Positions 29,235 to 39,047 are shown, counted from the first letter of the stretch. The stretch: DNA of 64,000 bases from an uncultured Parasphingopyxis sp. (GCA_947259005.1 CAMYKP010000012.1:26384-90383); one strand, 5' to 3'. Notes: a model not told the origin generated them from the sequence alone. Made by a program: numbers and translations.

Positions 29235-29732
29235 ATGGCGATCAGACAGGCCGTGTACGAAGATATAGGCACGCTGGCGGCAATCGAACGCTCGGCCGCG
29301 CAGCTGTTTCGGGGCACGCCGATGGAATTCGCGATGGACGATCCACCACTGGACCGCGCCACGCTGGAAGATGCGCTATCCGAAAATACGCTCTGGATTG
29401 CCGAGCATAGCGCGGGGCGGGCGGGTTTTCTGTGCGCCCGGCCGCTGGGCAGTTTGCTCTATATCGATGAACTGGCCGTTGCATCGGAATTTCAGGGACA
29501 CGGGCTGGGCCGGGAATTGATGGAAAAATGCATCGCCGAAGCGGGCAAACGGTTCAAGCGCATCGCGCTGACAACGGACAGGGACCTGCCCTGGAACGCG
29601 CCATTTTACGCCCGGCTCGGTTTTGAAGAATGGAAAAATCCGGCCGCGGCCGTTGCGGCCAAACTGGAAGAGGAAATCGCTCAGGGGTTCGACGCGAACC
29701 GCCGCTACGCGATGCTGCTCAGCCTCGACTAA
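29235..29732 (+). CDS. GNAT acetyltransferase
   Basis: IERSAAQLF, ELAV...QGHGLG, LTT.RDLPWNAPFYARLGF. Confidence 0.85.
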   Translation: MAIRQAVYEDIGTLAAIERSAAQLFRGTPMEFAMDDPPLDRATLEDALSENTLWIAEHSAGRAGFLCARPLGSLLYIDELAVASEFQGHGLGRELMEKCIAEAGKRFKRIALTTDRDLPWNAPFYARLGFEEWKNPAAAVAAKLEEEIAQGFDANRRYAMLLSLD

Positions 29733-30064
29733 ACCGAGAAGCTTGTGCCGCAGCCGCAGCCCGACTGGGCATTGGGATTGTTGACCTGAAACGCTGCGCC
29801 GCCGAGATTCTCGACAAAATCCACCGAGCATCCGCGTACCAGATCCAGGCTGATCGTATCTACGACCAGCTGCACGCCATCCCGCTCGGCAAGAACGTCG
29901 CCGTCTTCAATGCCATCGGCAAGCTCGAAACGGTATTGAAACCCCGCGCAACCGCCGCCATCGACCGCCAGCCGCAAGATTGCAGGTTTGCCCTGCCGAT
30001 CCGCGATAGCCGCCACGCGTGCGGCGGCGGACGGGGTCAGATCAATGGTGGCTGCGTCTGTCAT
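29729..30064 (-). CDS. erpA: A-type Fe-S carrier (ErpA/IscA, HesB family)
   Basis: GGGCAGFQY, NPNAQSGCGCGTSF. Confidence 0.9.
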   Translation of the reverse strand: MTDAATIDLTPSAAARVAAIADRQGKPAILRLAVDGGGCAGFQYRFELADGIEDGDVLAERDGVQLVVDTISLDLVRGCSVDFVENLGGAAFQVNNPNAQSGCGCGTSFSV

Positions 30065-30078
30065 ATATCTAAAATAGG

Positions 30079-30116
30079 AAAAGGGGCCGCTCGCGACAAG
30101 CGGGCAGCCCCTTTTT
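30079..30116 (-). terminator. Rho-independent (potentially bidirectional) terminator after the M23 gene
   Basis: AAAAGGGGCCGCTCGC-GACAA-GCGGGCAGCCCCTTTTT. Confidence 0.75.
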
Positions 30117-30137
30117 CATGATTTTCGAATTTGAACG

Positions 30138-30800
30138 TTATTGACCGGCGCCAACAGCGATCACGCCATCTGCCGAATTGCTCGTCGTTGGCAGCGATGC
30201 GAGATACTCACCGGATGTCAGGAACGGCGTCGGATTAACCGGTCGACCCGAGATGCGGACTTCATAATGGAGATGGCTGCCCGTCGAACGGCCCGTCGAC
30301 CCCATGCGGCCGATCAGCTGGCCACGCGAAACGCGTGCGCCGGGCTGAACCAGAATTGCGGACATATGGCCATAGCGGGTCTGGATCTCGCCACCATGAT
30401 TGATCTCGACATATTTGCCGTATCCGCCAACCCATTGAGCGCGTCCGACGATACCATCGGCCGTAGCGTAAATCGGTGTGCCGATCGGACCGGCCATATC
30501 GAGGCCATTATGCATCCGGCGACCACGGCGGAACGGATCGCTCCGCGTGCCGTAGCTGCTCGTCAAACGGTAGCCCTCGACCGGCTGAAGCGACGGAATT
30601 GCCATCACACCGCGGCGTTGGCGCTCATCCTGCCGCCAGCTGGCGAAAAGGGCCCGAACGTCGGAACTCTCTACACTCGCAGATGTAGCGGTCTGGGCGG
30701 TAGCCGGTGCTGCAACGGCAAATGTGGCCAGAATTGCGGCAAAAGCAAATGCTGGACCTGAAACACAGCGTCCGGCGAATGCGATAAATCGTGAAATCAT
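30138..30800 (-). CDS. M23 family peptidoglycan metallopeptidase
   Basis: Signal peptide, HNGLD (HxxxD), TRYGH, STGSHLHYEV (HxH). Confidence 0.92.
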   Translation of the reverse strand: MISRFIAFAGRCVSGPAFAFAAILATFAVAAPATAQTATSASVESSDVRALFASWRQDERQRRGVMAIPSLQPVEGYRLTSSYGTRSDPFRRGRRMHNGLDMAGPIGTPIYATADGIVGRAQWVGGYGKYVEINHGGEIQTRYGHMSAILVQPGARVSRGQLIGRMGSTGRSTGSHLHYEVRISGRPVNPTPFLTSGEYLASLPTTSNSADGVIAVGAGQ

Positions 30801-30929
30801 AGCGGTTTTGCGACCCGTTACTAACGATCTGCAGCGCCATCGGACGCGCAAACCAGGAAAATTGCTCACTCCGGAGACGGTATTGTGCCTCCCCGCTTCC
30901 GGTGTGAGGTGACATTGTTAACGAAGTGC

Positions 30930-31730
30930 CTAACTGGCAAGCGATAGATAGAAATCCCGGGTCAAACCGGCTTGTTGACGCGCTGAATCGTTGAATGGCG
31001 CCTTTAGCTGCCCGCCAAAATAGCGTGAAACCAGCATTTTCCACTGTTGCTGCGGCGCAACATTCTGCGTTTTGCAGCATGATTCAAACCATTTGACGCC
31101 GAATCCGACATGGCGGATTTCATCATCCATGATCCGCGCCAATATTCCCGCCGACGCGGTATCTCCTGCCTGATCGAACCGGTCGATCATGGCTGGCGTC
31201 ACGTCCAGCCCGCGCGCCTCCAATACCATCGGCACGATAGCCAGCCGGGCGGGAGCATCATGGGCCGTCGTCTCGGCCGCTTCCCACAGCCCGTCATGGG
31301 CGGGCAGTGCACCATATTCAGACCCCAGCGCCTTCAGGCGGCGATCGAGCAGCGCGAAATGCATTGCTTCCTCCGCCCCGACCCGCATCCAGTCGTCTAC
31401 AAAGCTCGCCGGAAACGCCGGTCCGAACCGGCCGATCATGTCGAACGCCAGATCTATTGCGACAAATTCGATATGCGCAATCGCATGCAGCATCGCGATC
31501 CGCGCACGTTCAGATCCGCCTTTTCCGCGACGCGGCATTTTCGATGGTGGGAGCAGTTCCGGACGAACGGGCCGGGCCGGCCTGTCAGGCATCGGTTCGT
31601 CGAACATATGAGCCAGCCGCCCGCGCCGCCAGTTCCTCGCCGCCGATCGCGCCGCAAAAATTTTCGCCTTGGGATCGGCGATGTTGAGTACCCCGGCCAC
31701 GGCAGAGGCGAGGCTCGGTTTCGTCATCAC
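30930..31730 (-). CDS. DUF455 ferritin-like domain protein
   Basis: LHAIAHIE..AIDL, EEAMHF, AHDGLW, LEARGLD, DEIRHV. Confidence 0.88.
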   Translation of the reverse strand: MMTKPSLASAVAGVLNIADPKAKIFAARSAARNWRRGRLAHMFDEPMPDRPARPVRPELLPPSKMPRRGKGGSERARIAMLHAIAHIEFVAIDLAFDMIGRFGPAFPASFVDDWMRVGAEEAMHFALLDRRLKALGSEYGALPAHDGLWEAAETTAHDAPARLAIVPMVLEARGLDVTPAMIDRFDQAGDTASAGILARIMDDEIRHVGFGVKWFESCCKTQNVAPQQQWKMLVSRYFGGQLKAPFNDSARQQAGLTRDFYLSLAS

Positions 31731-31735
31731 GGCTG

Positions 31736-32197
31736 TCAGAGCGCCTTCACTTCTTCGAGCACCGCTTCAGCATGCCCTGCAACCTTCACCTTCGGCCAGA
31801 CCTTCACGACCTTGCCATCGCCATCGATCAGGAAGGTTGCGCGCTGGATGCCCATATATTTGCGGCCATACATGTTCTTTTCCACCCAGACGCCAAAACT
31901 CTCCGTCACCGAACCGTCGGCATCGGTTGCGAGGATGACCTTGAGGTCATGCTTGGCGGCAAATTTCACATGTTTTGCGGGCGGGTCTTTTGAAACGCCG
32001 ATTACGGTTGCCCCCGCTTCAGCGAATTCATCGGCCAGATCGGTAAAGGCAATGGCTTCCTTGGTGCAGCCAGGCGTATCGTCCTTCGGATAGAAATAGA
32101 GTATTACCGGTTTGCCGCGATAGGCGCTCAGCTTCGCCTCGCTCTCGTCCGACAGCTGTAAATCCACATCCGGCGCCATCTGGCCTTCTTCAATCAC
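31736..32197 (-). CDS. bcp: Peroxiredoxin Bcp/PrxQ
   Basis: YFYPKDDTPGCTKEA. Confidence 0.93.
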   Translation of the reverse strand: MIEEGQMAPDVDLQLSDESEAKLSAYRGKPVILYFYPKDDTPGCTKEAIAFTDLADEFAEAGATVIGVSKDPPAKHVKFAAKHDLKVILATDADGSVTESFGVWVEKNMYGRKYMGIQRATFLIDGDGKVVKVWPKVKVAGHAEAVLEEVKAL

Positions 32198-34910
32198 CTT
32201 CGTCTCCTTTTTCCTGAATCAGGGCAAGCCTGTGCCATTCCTTTGTCACGCATTGCCGTGCCTTGGCATAGGTCGCAAGCAGGTCTTCCCAATTTGCAGC
32301 CCCGCACCTTAGTGCAACCAGCTCCCGGCTTGCCGGATCGATGTCTTTCGAGGCCGGAGCGACAAGCCGCAAGGTCACCAGCATGCGGGTCAGCAGATCG
32401 TTCGCCGCGCCAAGGCCGGGGTCGACCAGCCCAGCGGCGACAAGATCGGCAATGGCTTGGGGAAGCTGAGGATGAAGCCCGATATGATCGCGCAACTGAA
32501 CCAGATGAACGCAGAATTCGAGATCGACGAGCCCGCCATCGACAAGCTTGACGTCGAATGGACCCGCAGGGGGTTTGTGACTGGCAATATCTTCGCGCAT
32601 CTTGCGGATGTCTGCGATCAGCGGTCCGGTTTCCCGATCGCGGTGCAGGATAGAGGATATCATGCCCTGCAGTGCGACTTGCGCGTCTTGTGAACCATAG
32701 ACTGTCCGTGCACGCGCAAGGGCCATGTGTTCCCATGTCCATGCATTGTCGCGATGATAGGTTTCAAAGCTGTCGAAGGAGACGGCCAGCAGGCCCTGTG
32801 CGCCCGAAGGTCGCAACCGCGTGTCGATTTCGTATAATGGCCCGGCCGCTGTCGGCACGCTGAGTGCGGCCGTGACCCGCTGCGCCAGACGCTGGAAATA
32901 GCTGGTCGCGCCGAGCGATCTTTCGCCATCGGACTGGGCCGAATGGTCGCCGGTAAACAGATAGACAAGATCAAGGTCGGACGCATGGGTCAGCGCCTCC
33001 CCGCCCAATCGGCCAAGTGCGAGTATCACGAGTTCGCAACCGTCGATCCGCCCATGAACCGATTCAAACTCGGCCACCGCGGCATCCGCAAGCACCCTGA
33101 GCGCAGCCTCGGCAACCCGCGAATAGCCGGACGCCACATCAAGCGGGTCACTTCGTCCCTCGATCAACTGGACCCCGAGCGCAAATCGTTCCTCCCCTAC
33201 CAGTTGCCGCATCCTGTCCAGCCGCAGTTGATAGTCGGTTGAGGCGCTGCGGCTCTCCAGCAAGGCCGTGAGCTCATCCAAAGGTTCGGGCGGATCCAGC
33301 GCCGTCGCGTCGATCAGGCCGTCAAATAGTTCCGGATGACGCGCCAGTTCGTCCGCCAGCGCGGGCGCATGACTAAGCACGGCGACCAGCATATGCGTCA
33401 ATCCAGGCCGGGCTTCGAGCAGACGGAACAAATTGACAGCGCTGGGCATACGATCGAGCAGCACATCGAAGCGGTTGATCACGCCTGTCGGATCCGGCGA
33501 CTTGCCCATTTCGGAAATGAGCGAGGGCAACACCGCTTCCAGCGCCTCCCGCGCGACCGCCGACTGGGTCGAACGCAGCCGCCCTGCCCGCCAGCGGTCT
33601 ATCCGCCGCCGGGCATCGCTCGGCTCGGCAAATCCATACTCCCTCAACGACTGTTCAAGACGGTCCTGATCGCCGGGCAAGCGTTCGTCGCGATCATCGT
33701 CTAGCTGGTCATAAAGCGCGCCCACATAGGCAACTGGGCCGGACAGCACTTCCAGCAACTTTTCCCCATCTTCCATCGCATGAAGCCGGGCAACCTGATC
33801 GAGGGCTGCCCGGTCAGCGGGTAAACTGTGCGTTTGCTGGTCTTCGATCATCTGCAGACGATGCTCGATTGTCCGATACAGACGATAGGCGTCAGACAAT
33901 TTTACACTGTCGTCCGCAGCGATTTGTCCAGCTTCTCCGAGAACCGAAAGAGCGTCGAGCGTGGCAGGTGCGCGCAATTCCGGCTCACGCCCCCCATGGA
34001 TGAGTTGATGAATCTGCGCATAGAATTCGATTTCGCGAATTCCCCCTCGGCCCCGTTTGAGATCGAAACCCGGACCGAACGCCTGCCCCTGTGCGTAGTG
34101 ATCCCGGATCCGGTGGGACATGGCGCGGATCGCCTGGATAGCGCCAAAATCCAGCGACCGGCGCCAGACAAAAGGCCGTATCGCATCCAGAAATCGCTGC
34201 CCAAGGGCAATGTCGCCCGCTGCCGCGCGGCCGCGTATGAAGACGGCTCGTTCCCAGGGTTCGGCGCTGGTCTCATAGTGCGCAATCGCGGCACCGATGG
34301 TCAGCGCAATTGGTGTAACCTCTGGCGATGGCCTGAGGCGGAGGTCGACCCGAAAGACATAGCCATCCCCAGTCCGCTCATTCAATATTTCGACCACCCG
34401 CCGCCCGAGCCGAACGGCCGCTTGCTGGGGCTCTTCCTTCGGCCTGCGCGGCATAGTCTCGGGATCGAAGAGGAAGAGGATGTCGATGTCGGAGGAATAG
34501 TTGAGTTCCCGGCTCCCGTGCTTGCCGAGGGCAATGACGGCAAAGCCTGCAGGAGCCTCGCCCGGTACGCGCTCTTCAAAAGCGGCGTTGATCGCCTCGT
34601 CCAACGCATGATCCGCGAAGTCCGACAGCAGGCCGACTGTTTCCTCGAGGGAAAACTGCCCCGACAAATCGCCGATCGCGGTATAAAGCGCGAGCTTCTG
34701 CCTGTTCCGGCGCAGCTGCTGCATAGGGTTATCCTGCACCGGTGCCAGTTGCTCTGCAAAGCCGTCAAACTGCGTCGGAAACCCGCCTTTTTCGAGCAGG
34801 GCGACGATTTCAGGATTGGCCTCGATCAGGCGACCCAGAAACGGCGCGTGGGCGCGGGCGCGCCCAAATGCATCTATGATCTGATCCTTGGTGAAGGCGT
34901 TCGTCATCAT
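32190..34910 (-). CDS. glnE: Glutamine synthetase adenylyltransferase/deadenylase
   Basis: Two NT domains: GKHGSRELNYSSDID/RVDLRLRP and GRLGG..SDLD/IDTRLRPSG. Confidence 0.95.
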   Translation of the reverse strand: MMTNAFTKDQIIDAFGRARAHAPFLGRLIEANPEIVALLEKGGFPTQFDGFAEQLAPVQDNPMQQLRRNRQKLALYTAIGDLSGQFSLEETVGLLSDFADHALDEAINAAFEERVPGEAPAGFAVIALGKHGSRELNYSSDIDILFLFDPETMPRRPKEEPQQAAVRLGRRVVEILNERTGDGYVFRVDLRLRPSPEVTPIALTIGAAIAHYETSAEPWERAVFIRGRAAAGDIALGQRFLDAIRPFVWRRSLDFGAIQAIRAMSHRIRDHYAQGQAFGPGFDLKRGRGGIREIEFYAQIHQLIHGGREPELRAPATLDALSVLGEAGQIAADDSVKLSDAYRLYRTIEHRLQMIEDQQTHSLPADRAALDQVARLHAMEDGEKLLEVLSGPVAYVGALYDQLDDDRDERLPGDQDRLEQSLREYGFAEPSDARRRIDRWRAGRLRSTQSAVAREALEAVLPSLISEMGKSPDPTGVINRFDVLLDRMPSAVNLFRLLEARPGLTHMLVAVLSHAPALADELARHPELFDGLIDATALDPPEPLDELTALLESRSASTDYQLRLDRMRQLVGEERFALGVQLIEGRSDPLDVASGYSRVAEAALRVLADAAVAEFESVHGRIDGCELVILALGRLGGEALTHASDLDLVYLFTGDHSAQSDGERSLGATSYFQRLAQRVTAALSVPTAAGPLYEIDTRLRPSGAQGLLAVSFDSFETYHRDNAWTWEHMALARARTVYGSQDAQVALQGMISSILHRDRETGPLIADIRKMREDIASHKPPAGPFDVKLVDGGLVDLEFCVHLVQLRDHIGLHPQLPQAIADLVAAGLVDPGLGAANDLLTRMLVTLRLVAPASKDIDPASRELVALRCGAANWEDLLATYAKARQCVTKEWHRLALIQEKGDEGD

Positions 34911-34944
34911 GGAATGTGGGAAACCCCAAAATTTTTAAAGCGAT

Positions 34945-34969
34945 GCAACTATTTCCCAACTTCTACGTT
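34945..34969 (+). promoter_or_regulatory. EcfG-type promoter of the second NepR-like gene
   Basis: GCAAC-N16-CGTT, 8 bp before ATG 34978. Confidence 0.55.
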
Positions 34970-34977
34970 GTTGGGGC

Positions 34978-35163
34978 ATGAGCGACAATTCGTCTCCCTG
35001 CAATTCCGGATCGAGCAAAAGCGTCGATAGCCGGATCCGCCCGAATCTTCGCACCAATAGAGCGAATTTAATCGGAAATTGTTTGCGGAGCGCTTATGAG
35101 GATTCCGATCTGGAAGACGATGAGAGCCATAGTTTGAACGAACTGCTCGAGATGCTTAACTAG
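34978..35163 (+). CDS. Second NepR-like anti-sigma factor
   Basis: IGNCLRSAYED...LNELLEMLN resembles IGDALRSAYEQ...MLDLLGKLS of the nepR in this window. Confidence 0.6.
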   Translation: MSDNSSPCNSGSSKSVDSRIRPNLRTNRANLIGNCLRSAYEDSDLEDDESHSLNELLEMLN

Positions 35164-35171
35164 CCAATTTC

Positions 35172-35807
35172 TCAGCGGTTGCTGAGATCGTCAACCTCGC
35201 TCATGATTTCCTGAAGCGCAGTTTTACCCTGATCATTCTCATGGTCTTTACGCGGCGCCAGTTTTCCGCCGTCCATGAGTTCCTCAAGTGCGGTTCGGCC
35301 GCGCGCAACGCGGCTTTTGATTGTACCAACCGCGCAGCCGCAAATTTCAGCGGCTTCTTCATAGGCAAAACCACCAGCACCAACGAGGATGAGGGCTTCG
35401 CGCTGCGTCTCGGGCAATTCCATCAATGCCCGCTGCATATCACCCAGTTCGACATGGCGATCCTGACTGGCCGGCGCGGCAAGCAATTTGTCAGCTGCCA
35501 AATCGTCCCACTCTCCGGTGAATTTCGATCGGCGCATTTGCGACAGATAGATGTTGCGAAGGATGATAAACGTCCAGGCACGCATATTCGTGCCAGCCTG
35601 GAACCGGGAGCGAGCGGACCAGGCCTTGAGCAGCGTTTCCTGCACAAGGTCATCAGCTGTATCACGGTTCCCTGACAATGATCGACCGAAAGCCCGGAGA
35701 TGCGGGATAACCTCAGCGAGTTGATCCTTGAAATCGGAATCGCTGAGCGGCTCGGATTTCTCCGTCGCGTCATTCTCACCATTCGCCTCGCTAGGCGCTT
35801 TGGCCAT
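35172..35807 (-). CDS. ecfG: ECF15 general-stress sigma factor EcfG/SigT
   Basis: PHLRAFGRSL, ADDLVQET, GTNMRAW, QREALILVG, GTIKSRVARGR. Confidence 0.92.
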   Translation of the reverse strand: MAKAPSEANGENDATEKSEPLSDSDFKDQLAEVIPHLRAFGRSLSGNRDTADDLVQETLLKAWSARSRFQAGTNMRAWTFIILRNIYLSQMRRSKFTGEWDDLAADKLLAAPASQDRHVELGDMQRALMELPETQREALILVGAGGFAYEEAAEICGCAVGTIKSRVARGRTALEELMDGGKLAPRKDHENDQGKTALQEIMSEVDDLSNR

Positions 35808-35964
35808 TTCAGGACCCCCCGGGAAACATATATACTGGTCGATTGATTCGACAATGAAACCAGACGTTTAGACTGCCTTCGAATAGAACGCCACAAGAGC
35901 CGCCAACGCCGACCACTATATGCACTGGCCAAAGAACAACAAGCAGAAGACCCCGATAGCCCAA

Positions 35965-36771
35965 CTATGCGGGCACAGTTGCCCGGTTGAAGAATAAGGC
36001 CTGGGCGATGGCAGTCTTCACAGTCGCATTCTGAAATGGCTTGGTAATGAGAAAGGCCGGTTCCGGACGCTCACCAGTAAGCAGGCGTTCGGGAAACGCA
36101 GTGATGAAAATGACGGGAACATCGATCTCAGTCAGAATGTCCTGAACGGCGTCAATGCCCGAACTATCATCGGCGAGCTGAATGTCGGCAAGCACAAGCC
36201 CCGGCGCACGGATTGCGGCCTCAGCAACGGCTTCGTCCCGTGTCACAGCGATTCCGGTAACCGAATGACCAAGATCCCGAACAATGGCTTCGAGGTCCAT
36301 CGCGATGATCGGCTCGTCTTCGATAATAAGAACGTCAGTTCTCAGCTGCGCTTCGATCTCGGCACGCGCTTCTTCGATCAGCGCTTCGGTTTCGGCGTGA
36401 GAACGATCAAGAAGATAGGCGATTTCAGCGACGGCAAAACCCTCAACCTCAGCCAGCAGCAATGCCTGGCGCGACACTTTGTCGATCATGGCAAGGCGGG
36501 CATTTGCTATAGCCTCGCCCTTGCTATCGCCTGCGGCAACGTCTGCGGCCGCTCCCTCCGCATCTGAAGTTGACGCCCATATTCTGAGGAAAGCCCGATA
36601 GAGGCCCAGACGGGGGTCCACATCCTCGGGAAATGGCCCGGGAGCGGCAACAATCGATTCCAGCGTCTGCCGAACGAACGCGTCCCCGTGTTGCTGATCT
36701 CCCGTCAAAGCGCGCGAAAAACGCCGTAGAAGCGACAGATGTGGCGCAAGCTGCTGACCCAATGACGCCAT
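35965..36771 (-). CDS. phyR: Anti-anti-sigma response regulator PhyR
   Basis: Sigma-like N-domain LRRFSRALTG; receiver IEDE, DIQLAD, FITAFPERLLTGERPEP, KPF. Confidence 0.95.
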   Translation of the reverse strand: MASLGQQLAPHLSLLRRFSRALTGDQQHGDAFVRQTLESIVAAPGPFPEDVDPRLGLYRAFLRIWASTSDAEGAAADVAAGDSKGEAIANARLAMIDKVSRQALLLAEVEGFAVAEIAYLLDRSHAETEALIEEARAEIEAQLRTDVLIIEDEPIIAMDLEAIVRDLGHSVTGIAVTRDEAVAEAAIRAPGLVLADIQLADDSSGIDAVQDILTEIDVPVIFITAFPERLLTGERPEPAFLITKPFQNATVKTAIAQALFFNRATVPA

Positions 36772-36903
36772 TCGTGATTCCTCCGTTACACTATTGTCAT
36801 CCTGACTAGGCGGTTCCGCCGAACGAACTCAAGAGCAAATTTTGAATTACATGTCGGCCCGAATTTCCAAATATTATCAAACACCCCGCCTATTTGAAAG
36901 AAA

Positions 36904-36929
36904 GGAACATTTGAACAGTATTCGCAGTT
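36904..36929 (+). promoter_or_regulatory. EcfG-type promoter of the nepR-kinase operon
   Basis: GGAAC-N17-AGTT upstream of nepR. Confidence 0.6.
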
Positions 36930-36967
36930 GCGAAGCCTGAGTTTAAAAGGCTAGGAGGGAGGGGGTT

Positions 36968-37192
36968 GTGGGTATAACGGGAATTGAAATCTTGGCTTCC
37001 ATTGGCAAAAATCTGCGCAAGCCAGACAAGAGAAAAAAAGGCGATACGACTCCGGACCTTTCCAAAGAGGATGACACCTCGAAGGAAGCTAAAGGGGCCG
37101 ATATTGGCGATGCCTTGCGCTCTGCATATGAGCAGGCTGTCAGCGAGGATATTCCGGAGGAGATGCTGGATTTACTTGGTAAGCTCAGTTGA
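36968..37192 (+). CDS. nepR: Anti-sigma factor NepR
   Basis: IGDALRSAYEQAVSEDIPEEMLDLLGKL; divergent from phyR; start uncertain. Confidence 0.88.
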   Translation: MGITGIEILASIGKNLRKPDKRKKGDTTPDLSKEDDTSKEAKGADIGDALRSAYEQAVSEDIPEEMLDLLGKLS

Positions 37193-37225
37193 GCACCGAC
37201 TGGCAAGTTTGAATCCAATCCCATC

Positions 37226-38776
37226 ATGATCCGAGCGGACAGTCCCCAAAAAAGCCTCAAAAGACTTCCCACAAGCATCAAGACGTTCGTGCTGCTGGGC
37301 CTCGCGCTTCTTCCCTTGGGCGTTGTTGCGATTCTGTCTTCGATCGACGCGGCCGATGGCGCAAGAGAGAGTCGGTACGCCGAAGCAAATTTGCTGGCCG
37401 AGGTTGGAGCCAGGCATTTATCGAGCGCTATCTCTCATGCGGAGTTGAGTCTGCGGTCGACAGTGATGACGCTCTCTGCAAGCAGCGACATTGAGGGCCG
37501 ATGTCAGGAAACCGTGGAAGCCGCAGCCGCTATTGAAACCCGGAGGCCCAGTCTCGCTATTTTTGATCGGGGTGGAGATCAGATATGCGCCACGGACGAT
37601 TTCTCTATCGACCGTGCTGATAATTTCCCGACCCCAGGAACAGGCAGCGTCACGCTTGATACGGATCGCGAAGCAATCCTGGTGTTACAAACGAGCCCCG
37701 ACGGGCGTTTGGTCGGAATCGCGGAATTAACGCGCGGATCACTTGCCCTTCTGCCGCAACCTACCGTGCTGAACCGCAATTTCCAGATTGCGCTGGTTCA
37801 CGGCGATGATGAGTTTCCGGTTCGCCCATGGACCCAAGCGGTTTCCGAGGATGACATATTGAGTGCAGTCCGGCCGATTGATGGTAGTGAATTTACATTC
37901 ACCGCTAGCTTTGTCCGCACACCGCTAACCCTGGCAGAATTGTTCGGGATAGCACTTCCAATACTCATGTGGGCCGTGGCCGCCTTTCTCGGCTGGATCG
38001 CAATAGTCCAGCTCCTGATCCGCCCCCTCACTCAACTTCGCTATGCCGTAATTCGCCATGCCGACGGCGGAACGGAGTTTGAAATTCCCGACTTCCCGAT
38101 CTCGGCCATTGAAATTCAGCAGCTCGCCTTGGCCTTTGAAAACGCTTTCGAGAAACTCCACAGCCATGAGGAACAACTTGCCGCCGGCCTGAAAGAACAA
38201 ACCCGCCTGACCCGTGAAGTCCATCACCGGGTGAAGAACAACCTACAGATAATCGCCAGCCTTCTGAACCTGCATGCGCGGGCCGCCAAATCGGATGATA
38301 GCGCCGCCGCCTACGCCTCGATCCAGCGCCGTGTTGACGCACTTGCGATCGTCCAGCGCAATCTCTTTTCGGAACTTGATGCCGATAATGGTCTGTTGAT
38401 CCGGCCGGTGATCGCCGAACTGGCTTCGGGGCTCCAGCAGAGCGCTCCGCCAAATGTCGAGGTTGCGATAACGCTGGACGTCGACCCCATCCGCGTCGGG
38501 CAGGACATTGCCGCTCCTGCAGCATTCCTCATCACCGAATTGGTCGAACTCGCCATGCTTTCCGGGGACCGGATCGAAATCTCCCTTTCCGTGCAGGCAT
38601 TGGCGGATCAGTGCGCCCGGCTGTCGGTTCGGTCCGAAGCGCTCGCCAGCGCATCCGAACGTAGCGAGTTTCCGAGATACCGGAGAGTTTTAACCGGTAT
38701 GGCGCGGCAGCTACAGGCTAGCCTGGACGAAGATGAAACCGGCACGATATATGCAATTTTGATCCCGATCCTGTAA
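37226..38776 (+). CDS. HisKA_2/HRxxN-type membrane kinase-like protein with degenerate ATPase domain (PhyP/PhyT/GsrP-like)
   Basis: Two TMs, HAMP-like segment, H-box REVHHRVKNNLQ; N-box reads ELVELA and there is no DxGxG. Confidence 0.8.
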   Translation: MIRADSPQKSLKRLPTSIKTFVLLGLALLPLGVVAILSSIDAADGARESRYAEANLLAEVGARHLSSAISHAELSLRSTVMTLSASSDIEGRCQETVEAAAAIETRRPSLAIFDRGGDQICATDDFSIDRADNFPTPGTGSVTLDTDREAILVLQTSPDGRLVGIAELTRGSLALLPQPTVLNRNFQIALVHGDDEFPVRPWTQAVSEDDILSAVRPIDGSEFTFTASFVRTPLTLAELFGIALPILMWAVAAFLGWIAIVQLLIRPLTQLRYAVIRHADGGTEFEIPDFPISAIEIQQLALAFENAFEKLHSHEEQLAAGLKEQTRLTREVHHRVKNNLQIIASLLNLHARAAKSDDSAAAYASIQRRVDALAIVQRNLFSELDADNGLLIRPVIAELASGLQQSAPPNVEVAITLDVDPIRVGQDIAAPAAFLITELVELAMLSGDRIEISLSVQALADQCARLSVRSEALASASERSEFPRYRRVLTGMARQLQASLDEDETGTIYAILIPIL

Positions 38777-38855
38777 TCGGCCAAAAAAGTTGCCAAGCTA
38801 AACATCTGATTTAATTTGGTTTTTCATATTTATCGTATTTTATTTCACTTTTTAG

Positions 38856-38880
38856 GGAACCAATGGGCTCGCTCGTCGTT
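38856..38880 (+). promoter_or_regulatory. Consensus EcfG promoter
   Basis: GGAAC-N16-CGTT preceded by an AT-rich UP-like tract. Confidence 0.85.
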
Positions 38881-38886
38881 CTGCTA

Positions 38887-38985
38887 GTCGGATAGTGACC
38901 TTTTTGCCCCCCGCTCTCGCTATCCAAAAATTAGCCCGGAAGCGCCTCCATCCCCCCCGGAAGGCGTTTCCGGGCTTAATAATTT
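38887..38985 (+). ncRNA. Putative EcfG-dependent sRNA with two C-rich hairpin loops (GsrN-like)
   Basis: Stems GGATAGTGA/TCGCTATCC (38890-38925) and AGCCCGGAAGCGCCT/AGGCGTTTCCGGGCT (38933-38976); loops contain CCCCCC and CCATCCCCCCC; no ORF. Confidence 0.7.
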
Positions 38986-39047
38986 CTCCCGCCCAAATAC
39001 CGATATCGTAGCCTTCGTTCGCAAGGGGTCACCCCGTCCAGAAACGG

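Noticed and set aside
36790-36817. EcfG promoter for phyR (GGAAC on the minus strand)
   Set aside because: The -35 is present but the -10 reads CAAT/AATA rather than CGTT; too weak to call
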